From Guillardia theta CCMP2712 (taxonomy: Eukaryota; Protista; Cryptophyta), in the NCBI RefSeq assembly GCF_000315625.1, contig NW_005434562.1, forward strand, positions 56,980 to 120,979: DNA of 64,000 bases, in the 5' to 3' direction. The notes under the pieces are model-generated. The model searched no databases. It had not been told where the DNA came from and worked only from the letters and a program-made list of their open reading frames with translations. Below, piece after piece: positions 47,576-55,865 of this stretch. The position numbers and the translations under genes are program-made. The stretch's first letter is position 1, and the number at the start of each line of letters is the position of its first letter.

Positions 47576-47878
47576 AGCTGCAAGATGGTCTTACGCAAAC
47601 TTGTGGGCTTTTACTTCCTCGCTCTACAGGGATCTGTGCATTACAAGCCTGAGTTTCAAGAGGTGACGTCCTCCCCTCCTCTTCCTGCCTCTGCCCTCCT
47701 CCCCTCCTCTCCTCCTCCCTCTCCCCTCTTCCTCCTCCCTCTCCCCTCTTCCTCCTCCCTCTCCCCCATCCGCCTCCTCCTCTCCTCCCTCTCCCCTCTT
47801 CCTCCTCCCTCTCCCCCATCCGCCTCCTCCTCTCCTCGCCCTCCATGCCTGGCATTTGTTGCACTGTTTCATTGCCAT
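42906..47878 (-). CDS. Cys/His-rich N-terminus (micro-exon encoded), helical/coiled-coil region, Ser/Thr protein kinase, coiled coil, tankyrase-like PARP catalytic domain. Predicted exons: 47878-47849, 47648-47595, 47453-47442, 12 micro-exons between 47344 and 46470, and a large terminal exon 46412 (or 46430)-42906
   Basis: Kinase: YVLKE, FLKEAAML, IVHCDIKPTNILL, ADFDVS, GTLAYAAPE, CDMYSYGV, ARPSSAQALAHPYF. PARP: FLFHGT, GGSFGAGIYFAENSSKS, MFLVRVVLG, YDSVIG, REFIVYD. The 1151-aa ORF begins at GTG with no nearby in-frame ATG and stays open upstream to in-frame CAG acceptors, which implies upstream exons. Confidence 0.9.
46470..47344 (-). other. Array of 12 phase-0 micro-exons: CGA 47342-44, GGA 47289-91, CTG 47209-11, GAA 47126-28, ATT 47039-41, TAT 46942-44, CCG 46881-83, ATT 46789-91, CAT 46699-701, CTG 46617-19, TGTTGT 46523-28, AAC 46470-72 (R-G-L-E-I-Y-P-I-H-L-CC-N)
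   Basis: On the minus strand each triplet is preceded by CAG/TAG/AAG and followed by GTAAG (9), GTGAG (2) or GTATG (1). Spacers of 50-94 nt mostly carry CTGAC/CTAAC/CTGAT/TTGAC branch-like motifs and pyrimidine tracts. Confidence 0.85.
47061..47104. repeat. (AGAGAC/AGAGAGAC)n microsatellite inside a micro-exon intron
   Basis: Directly visible. Confidence 0.9.
47485..47572. repeat. (GGAGCG)n(GGAGCA)n hexamer microsatellite, intronic in the kinase-PARP gene
   Basis: Directly visible. Confidence 0.95.
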
Positions 47879-48208
47879 CTTGGCACCATGCAAGTGGTAC
47901 TCGTCTTGAGGTGGGGGCTCAAGCCTGGATTTTTATCGATTGCCTTACTAAGCTTCCGGCCCCACCCCCGGGGACCCCCTCTTATGCCAAATAGGTTTCC
48001 TAGCTCGAGGGAACCCAAACCTGCCCGATGTCATTTGGGTGGAGGAGATAACGAGTGAAGTTTGTTCATTCAAAAGTGAAAACGAGAATATCAAGAGACG
48101 GCGACGATGAGCGAACTCACGCCCTCTCTTGTAGCTCTCTTCGAATTACATCCTCATATGCTCAAACTCAGCAGCCTGAAACTTCCGTCACCACAATAAT
48201 CAGACAAG

Positions 48209-49940
48209 TCAAACAGCCTTCACCTTCTTTCCTGTCAGCGCCTCAAAGACACAGACAAGCGTTTCGGCAACCAACAGCCGGCGGATCGGCGCCATGACAT
48301 CGATTCCCCCGTCGGTGTTCACTCCTATCTGGAACTGAAGTCGCATCCCAAAGGCAATCTGGGTGTTTGCAAGACTTGACTTGTTGTCTTCCAGCCACTT
48401 CCTGGCGTTGGCGTCGGTGTCTGCGATGCTAACCTTGCAGGCCTCGATGAAGCTCTCAGGCTTCTTCGCGTAATCTCTTCTTCGCTCTGGCGCGACCTCT
48501 GGGCAGAGCAGGTAGAAGTCGCTCCTGCTCATCTTGTAGCCCGTGGTGTTGGTGATGGTCTGCTGGGCCATGGCATCGAAGGTCCTGTCGATGACTGCCA
48601 TGCGGCTTTCTTCCGACATCTTCATCCACCGATCCATGAAGATGTTGTTGAACGTGCTGTCTTTGAGGAACGCGTCAAGACTCTTCTGATACATGTTGGC
48701 ATGGTGGTTGAGGCCGCTCCCTCCCTCATCCTCTGGTTCGGGTTCAGGTTCTCCCTCCTCTTCCAGCTGAAGCTTGATCGTCTGACCAGGGACGGCATCT
48801 TCCGGAAGCTCCAGTTCGATCTCGCCATGACCAGGGATGTTATACTTGATGGTGCGGTTCTCTGGGATGACGTCTGGGATCGTGATCTCGATGAGCTTCT
48901 CCTCCTCCATTCGGTCTATCTCGGGCTGCAATCTGTCGATTCCTTCCTTAGCCAAGGTATTGCTCGGCTCGTACGACATCGCTCGCTTATAGTCGTCATA
49001 TGCCAGCTTCAGGTCCATCTTGGCTTCATAGATTTTGGCCCTGCAAAGTCTGGCCTTGACATATCTGAGCATGACATCCGTTCAGTGTGTTGTTGAGGGC
49101 ATGAATGAAATTCATCACCTGAAATCATATTTCAACGCTGCAGTACAATCTTCGATAGCCTGATCGGCCTTGTCCATTAGAATGATTGTGTTGCTTTCAT
49201 CCTTCTTTTCGGGAGTGTTTGCAATAGCGCTGCCAATATAGAGTCAATGAAACTTTTGTAGAGATAGCTTCAAGAAGTACATGTTCCATCGTGCAGCTGC
49301 GCGATTATTGTAGTACACAGCGAGCTGCCTCTTGGCGTCTATTCCTCCGTTCACGCCTAGTTGCATCTTCAGTCATCGAACCAGCTCGAGCTCTGACCTA
49401 CAATCAGGACCCGCAAGCTCTATCGCTTTAGAGAAGCAGTCCTCCGCCTCCGCGTACTCTCCCTTGGAGAAATGCTTGTTGCCAGCCTGGTCGAAAGGTA
49501 AGCTAGCAAACTCAAAGACGGAAGGCAGCTACCTCCTTATGTTTCTTTGCTTCCTTTTGGTTCTCTGTCTCCTTTGACGTGCTGTTCACCACCTGTTGGA
49601 CAATGAGACATGCTGCAGGCTTCCGAATCTTTTCGTCTGCACACCGTTCGCTGTGTGCTCGTCTTGAGATCTTCAGCGCGAATAGGGTCTGGTGCTTCAG
49701 GGTGCTTCTGCCTGAACCCAACAAATCAGCAGTTCGCTTTGCTCAGATTCGATCAAGCGCGCATCACCTGAACTCCTCGTAGTCACGAGCACGCTTCTCC
49801 TTCTTGAGACGCGCCATGAGCTTCTGATCAATGTTCGGATGGCTATCGCCTTCGTCATCACTAACTTCGATGTGATCCCACTTGGAGTATTTGAGATTGT
49901 CTGGCAGATCAGACTTTCCCACCGGTCTGAAAGAGGACAT
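48209..49940 (-). CDS. Cdc37 N-terminal-like motif fused to a three-TPR domain and an unknown C-terminal region (co-chaperone-like), multi-exon
   Basis: YSKWDHIEVSDDEGDSHPNID resembles Cdc37 YSxWDHIEVSDDEDxTHPNID. TPR segments: AGNKHFSKGEYAEAEDCFSKAIEL, LAVYYNNRAAA, AIEDCTAAL, YVKARLCRAKIYEAKMDLKLAYDDYKRAMSYEPSN. Confidence 0.82.
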
Positions 49941-50511
49941 CTGAAACTTCAATCAGAGATTTGAAAGCTTCAATCATGTGTTTGACCACAGCATCACATC
50001 GGTCGAAAAATGATCATGAGGAGCAAGAGATCAAAACTAGCGAAAGGGGATGGAGAAAGATGATATCAGCACACAGGCAAAGAGAGGTGGTCGACAGGCA
50101 CAGCCTTGAAATGGTTGTTGTCGTGAGGAGAGGGAGAAGATGAGCAGAGATGGAGAGAGGAGGGCATATATAGTTGATGGTGATGAGATCTGAAAGGAAG
50201 GAGGAAGGAGAAGGAGAAGGAGGAGGGAGGACGATGGGATATCAGCTGCATTAAGCGGCATGTTGGCGCTGAAATTGAGATAGCTGGAGGGGTAGTCCCT
50301 GGACAGGAGGGGGTACTACCCCCTACCCCAGTTTGCCTCATAGAGTTTGGGGCGACGTCAACAATCCTCACGGGGGTAGGTGGGTGGGGTGGGTCAAAGG
50401 AAGATCAAGAATTTCTCGAACGCGGAAAGCAAAAACAATTATTAGCTAATGCAGTTTACTCGTGCTCGTATACTGTAAGTGAGTAAGCTCGTTTCCGAAC
50501 GGGCGGCAGCG

Positions 50512-50796
50512 TCAGACGAGGGTCCCCTCGAAAGGAGAAACTCGGGCCGATGTCGACGACGACCGTCGACTCCCCGAGTGCGCCTCCCGCATCTGTAGAA
50601 GATTTCTCCAGTCCTCCTCACTCATATCGTAGGACTCTGGCGATGAGAGAGACTGAGCGACTGGGAAAAGCGTCCTCACGAGCCCGTCCTGCTTGCTGCC
50701 CGCGGCACATGTAAGACCCTGTAACTTGGGAGCAGGAGGACTTACAGTGCTTCGACGCTGGATCTTTTGGGCGTCCAATCCTCGGCAGGATCGGAG

Positions 50797-50847
<51 letters not shown>

Positions 50848-52733
50848 ACGCCATCGTCGCCTACGAGGACCCTTGTGATCTGCTGCTCGTCAGCGAATCA
50901 TCTCAAGAGCTTCACATTGGCGTTACCTCCCAGCTCTGGTTTTCGCCCTCCCTGCTACGGATGCTTTGAATCATATCAGACACGTCCTCCTGACACCGGA
51001 CCGAGTCGCTCAAGATCCCTGAGGCAAGGCGCTGCACGCATGCTCTCATGATCTCTGCCTCTGCTTCCTTCATGGCTGAAGTTCTCTCCAGCTCGTCGAT
51101 AGCGGCACACTGCCCGTCCTGACGTGCGAGCAGGGCATCCAGAGACGCTTGCAGAGAAGTGAAGGAGTTGTCGACTCGGTCGAGCTCCTCCACTCCCATC
51201 GCGTTCAATTGCTCTTGATGGGCTGTCAGATTCCTGAGAAGCTCCCGGAGGCTCCGAAGAGAGTCAGGGCACATCCTGGTCCTGCTCGTGCTGACGTGGC
51301 GCTTGCCAGGGGCCGCCTTGACCACTGCCAGCAGTTCTCTCGCCTCTTCATCGATCCCAGAGAAGCAATCAGCAACGCAAGTGACGATACTGGTCGATGA
51401 GTCGACATGGCCTGCAATCTGCAAATCATCTCAACCTTGATCATATGCCAAAAAAGCATTCATGACGTCTGTAGCACCTGATCAACAATTGTGCACATAT
51501 CTTCGATCATTGTAGATTGGCGTTCCTGCTCCTCGTATTGCGTTTTCATTTTGTCTTCCAGCCTGTGAAATGCCTGCCGCAACATTGAAATTTCCTCGTT
51601 CTTTGATGTCATCTGTTGTTGCTCAACGTGAAGCTGCTGCTCAAGATCCTGATACAATTTCAGGCTGAGAACCAACGAGGAAAGCAAACAATTACGATCA
51701 CGCGCGATTCAGCAGCTGATAACTGATCCATCGCAGCGCTCAGAGTCATGTCCGTTTCAGCGCAGCGCTCCATCCAAGAATCTACTTCGCTCTGCAGTAG
51801 CTGATTTCTCCGTTTCTGATCAGACAGAGTCTCTTCTAAGTTTTCAATCCCCTTGAGAAGATAGTCAGCTTTCGATGCAGCCATTTGTTGACACTGGAGA
51901 ACCTGAATAATTATCCTCTCTCGTTCCAATTCCTCTTCATCGTGCAGCAGGTCAAAAGTTCTCGGCCTTGCTGCTTGTAAGAACAGCTCAGCTGAATGAA
52001 TCCTTGCTCCTGCAATATCCTTCTGCACGTCAGGGCAATGATACATTGTTGAGCGGCTTTACCAGAGTGTCTCTCAATCTCCCCTGCTCGCGCGTTTGTT
52101 CCTGCAGGGTATGCTCGAGCATTGCGCATCTACAGTTAAGATCAGGAGGAGGCAGGGCAGAGGATGCGACCATGTACCGATTTCTGCTGGAGATCAACTC
52201 GTTCTCCATCTCGTCACGTTGCGCAACCACGGTTTCTAGCATCTTTGAAAGGTTATGTACTTGTGCAGCCGCTCGCCTCTGGCATATCAAGATGAGTCAT
52301 CAGTCGCTGTGCAGCGCTCCTGACCTGCGGCACCATCCTCTCATCCTGTCGATCGAAAACTCTCCTGCTATCCGCAGACATCTTCAGAAACTCCTTTGCA
52401 CCTGCTGACTTGTTTAGCTCCTCCATCTACACGCTCAAGAAGCTCACCCAGCCTTCTCGTGTCTTGATTCCATCCCTGCATCGGTGCGGGTGTGATATTC
52501 TCCTCCGCATTTGCCGAATGGTTGGGCTGTGCTGGTCGTCTATCCAACTTCGACCACGACATCGTCGTGCTCTTGCTGCTCCTTCTGGTTGAGCTGTGGA
52601 CAAGCACGGTTTCCTTGGCAGAGACCCTTTGTGTTTGGGTAGGGATCGGACGAGCTTTGGGTGCATTCCATGCGAAGTTTGAATCCATGCCAAGCTCCAT
52701 CCAGTCCCTTACCTTACGTTCTTCGTCATACAT
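50512..52733 (-). CDS. Hypothetical coiled-coil protein, multi-exon
   Basis: A chain of E/Q/L/K-rich minus-strand ORFs (52368, 52030, 51660, 51460, 50912, 50512) separated by short intron-like gaps; ATG near 52733 (MYDEERKVRDW). Confidence 0.65.
50797..50846. repeat. (TGCTCC)n hexamer microsatellite
   Basis: Directly visible. Confidence 0.9.
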
Positions 52734-53596
52734 GCTGTTCGACACAAAATTAGAGGACAAAAATGGTCTATCCACTCCTCCTCTCCTTCTCCTCTCCTTC
52801 TCCTCTCCTCTTCTCCTTGTCTTCTCCTTCTCCTCTCCTTGTCTTCTCCTCCTCTCCTCCCTTTCGTCGCTCAACCCTTTCATCGTACTAAAATTGACAA
52901 CTTGACTACTTGTTCAACTTTCCTATATAATTTTGCTGTCCTCCGAAATTGATATGAAACTTTAGCGAGGCAGCCTCAGTGTACGAGCAATACTAAGTTA
53001 GCAAGAGGGCAATGGATCGGATGGCAGTAAGATCTGACTCTGATGAAGTCAACGATGAGGAAGAGGTATGTCACCACGAACATCGCTGAGAGCAAAGAGG
53101 TTTTGTTGAAGATCAGCTATCTGTCCCATTGCAGGTGAGGAGAACAGCGACTGAGATTTGCCGAGTCTTCATACCAAACTCCCCATACAAAATTCTGTGC
53201 ATGAAGGTATCTTGCAGCAATACAGGTCGAATGGAGAACAGAACATTGTAGACAACCAAGATGAAGGCCACCGAGTGCATCTCAGTTTGCTAGGCGCTGA
53301 TAGCATCTATTTAACGGGAGAGATTGAGGTCACGTGTACTACAACCTCACGAGTTAGATCGAGAGAGCGATGAAAGGGTCATGTTGCGATAAGAACAATC
53401 GGTCGACATCTCCTGTGCCTGCCTCAATGGGATCGTATGACTGCCTTCATCCCTGCAAGTCTGCGTGCCTGTGGTAGTGAAGATGAAAATGTGCATGAAA
53501 CCTCTTCAGCAAGAAGAGTTGTTTTCAATCTCCTTTATTTTACAACAACATCTGTGATCCTACTCGCCTCAGCCTGCACGTATTGCAAGCTGTCGG

Positions 53597-54268
53597 TCAG
53601 AGCAGTGGGATCTTGTGTCGAAGAGACTCCTGCTGCTCTTTTGGCTTCTTGACGGTCACCTTCAGCACCCCCTCTTCGAACCTCGCTTCAACCATCTCAG
53701 GGGTTGTATGCGGGGGGAGGGAAATGCGCTTCTCAAAGGAGGAAGAGGATGATGTCTGGATTTTTCCTCCCTCTCCCGACATCTTGGATGACGTGCGACC
53801 TGAGATGAGGAGGGAGGGAGAGCCGGTCCCACCTGCTTCCACAACCTCTACAGAGACGTTCTCTCTGGATAGACCAGGAGTGACTACAGAGACGAGCATG
53901 TGCTCCTTCGTTGACTGGATGTCAAACTGAGGTCTGAGAGGCATCATCACACTTCCAGCATGCACCTCCGACGCGTTCACGTGCTTGGTCCGCAGAGTGA
54001 GAGGATGTGAGAAGAATTCGTCGTCGCTGCCGGAGAGGGACAGGAGAGAGTCAAACATGCGGTCCATGTCCTGCTCCATGCGATTGATGCTTGAGATGAG
54101 ATGCCGCGGGCTGCTAAGAATGGAAACCGGCGATCGAAGGAGGGGACTGGGAATCAGCAGGTACGACTGGGACAAGGAGACAAGGCTGTACCCAAGGACG
54201 ACGAAGAGAAGAAACGAAGCTCGAGGAACGCAAGGGGATGATGCACGGGCATGGAAGCAACGAACCAT
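53597..54268 (-). CDS. Small heat-shock protein (HSP20/alpha-crystallin) with a signal-peptide-like N-terminus, intronless
   Basis: PQFDIQSTKEHMLVSVVTPGLSRENVSVEV...FEKRISLPPHTTPEMVEARFEEGVLKVTVKK, C-terminal KIPL (IxI-like); hydrophobic FLLFVVLGYSLVSLSQS. Confidence 0.92.
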   Translation of the reverse strand: MVRCFHARASSPCVPRASFLLFVVLGYSLVSLSQSYLLIPSPLLRSPVSILSSPRHLISSINRMEQDMDRMFDSLLSLSGSDDEFFSHPLTLRTKHVNASEVHAGSVMMPLRPQFDIQSTKEHMLVSVVTPGLSRENVSVEVVEAGGTGSPSLLISGRTSSKMSGEGGKIQTSSSSSFEKRISLPPHTTPEMVEARFEEGVLKVTVKKPKEQQESLRHKIPLL

Positions 54269-54359
54269 GTTGACGTTCTAGCTTGGTGGAGATCAAACAA
54301 ATCAACGGCTAAGCACAAGAGTAGACGGTGAACAGACTGTCGGGGGGAAGACCATCGAG

Positions 54360-54602
54360 GAGGTTTTATAGACCAGGGTGTGCACAAAAATGGAGCTATT
54401 TTTAGCAGCAGCCTCCACCCCACCCCTTTCCTGCCAGGCCTCTACCCCCTACCTTCCCCAGGCGTCGTACCCCCTCCTCAAAACTCTCCAAACCCGCTCT
54501 ATTTTTAGACACACTCTCCTACAAACCCAATCCCTCCATTCTAGAACGCCCCCCCGCTTTTCTAGATCTTTCCAGGCGCCTTCTCCCCTCCTCTATATCT
54601 AC
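54360..54602. promoter_or_regulatory. Bidirectional heat-shock promoter: TATAAAA (minus strand, 54364-70), HSE-like TTCTAGAA (54539-46) and TTCTAGATCTTTC (about 54560-72), TATA-like CTATAT (plus strand, about 54593-98)
   Basis: Alternating nTTCn/nGAAn motifs between two divergent sHSP genes. Confidence 0.7.
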
Positions 54603-54695
54603 CGCCCCTCCTCCTCCTCCCGGCTCCTGCATTGACCTGTCCTACCGGCGACCACTCACTCGACCCCTCCATCCTATCCAAGCCCAAGCCCTCAT

Positions 54696-55475
54696 ATGCT
54701 CTCCCTGCTTTCTGCACGCCCTGCCTTGGATCTTGTCCTCGCCTCTCCTTCCCGCTTCTCCTCCTCCTCCTCCTCCCTCCTGTCCGAGCTGGACTCAGCC
54801 TGGGATGCAGCCCTCCGGTCACCCTCCTGGTACGACCCTGCCCTCACCTCGCGCCGCCTTCACCCAGCTGCCCCGATGCCTCGCCTCGAGTCCCTGCCCG
54901 ACGCCCACGTGGTGACCATGGACACGCCCGGGGTGGCGGCGAGGGACCTGGCGCTGACGCTCGTAGGCGACCGGACGCTGGAGCTCGTCGTGTCGGCCGG
55001 GTCTCCGGCTGCCTCCGACCGAGACGACACTGAGGGCTCCCCCCGCAGCTCCTCCTCCGTCCTCCTCCGCCAGCGCATCGCCCTCCCCTCCGACGCCGAC
55101 CCCCGCAAGATCCGCTCCGAGTACTCTGACGGCCGCCTCCGGGTCGAGATAGCCCGACGCTCTACCGCCGCACACCACCGCCACATCACTCAGGTCCGCG
55201 ACGACGACGAGGAGGACGAGGAGCTTGTTGGGCTCGAGGCCTCGTACGCGAGCAAGCGAGCGCGGCTAGGAGAGCTGACGGAGGAGCTGCGCCGTGAGCG
55301 GCGAGAGCTGGCCGGCCTTGAGTCTGAGCTCCGGGCCGCGAGGCAGGAGGCCCGCCGGAAGCGATCGAGCCGCCGCACTCTCATCGCGATCGAGAGGCCG
55401 GCGGGGGAGGAGCGCAAGCGCGAAGAGGCGGGAGAGAGCGAGGAGGGGAAGGATAGACGGGCAGGAGTAGAGTAG
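54696..55475 (+). CDS. Small heat-shock protein with a C-terminal coiled-coil extension, intronless
   Basis: HVVTMDTPGVAARDLALTL...LRQRIALPSDADPRKIRSEYSDGRLRVEI (alpha-crystallin domain), then an E/R/L heptad region and a terminal LIAIE. Confidence 0.88.
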   Translation: MLSLLSARPALDLVLASPSRFSSSSSSLLSELDSAWDAALRSPSWYDPALTSRRLHPAAPMPRLESLPDAHVVTMDTPGVAARDLALTLVGDRTLELVVSAGSPAASDRDDTEGSPRSSSSVLLRQRIALPSDADPRKIRSEYSDGRLRVEIARRSTAAHHRHITQVRDDDEEDEELVGLEASYASKRARLGELTEELRRERRELAGLESELRAARQEARRKRSSRRTLIAIERPAGEERKREEAGESEEGKDRRAGVE

Positions 55476-55865
55476 AGTAGAGCACAAGCAGTTAAGTGCA
55501 GCAGTAGTAGTAGTAGGATGATGATGACGATGATGATGATGATTTTGACGATGATCATCATCCGATCAGAAAAGAAGAATAAAGCTATGTTTTCGACCGA
55601 TGAATGAATGATGCGGTGGTTGATAGAAGTGATGAAATACTCGATTTGAGGTGGTTTAGATACTCGACTTGAGAGGGTTTTATGAACTTGTTTGTTTCTC
55701 TCTGAACGTCAGTCCTCAGCGAAAGAGACACATGGAAAGACATCTTAATCCGATCGGCTTCTCTCCTTTCAAGCTAGTGGGTTGGACTCTGCTGCTTCTC
55801 GAGACGCAGTACCAAGTCAAGGTTAACAAGATTTTTCAATGCAGACTATCTCCGCCATGACTCGC

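Larger units (their letters stand above)
54305..55545 (+). repeat. Segmental duplication copy 1 (bidirectional promoter + sHSP gene + 3' UTR); copy 2 is at 59383-60483
   Basis: Near-identical sequence at offset 5078 starting acggctaagcacaagag. Confidence 0.97.

Noticed and set aside
53012-53560. Possible small plus-strand gene starting MDRMAVRSDSDEVNDEEE, including a CAG-GTGAG junction resembling a recursive splice site near 53135
   Set aside because: I could not assemble a consistent spliced ORF, and a single AG-GT junction is not significant.
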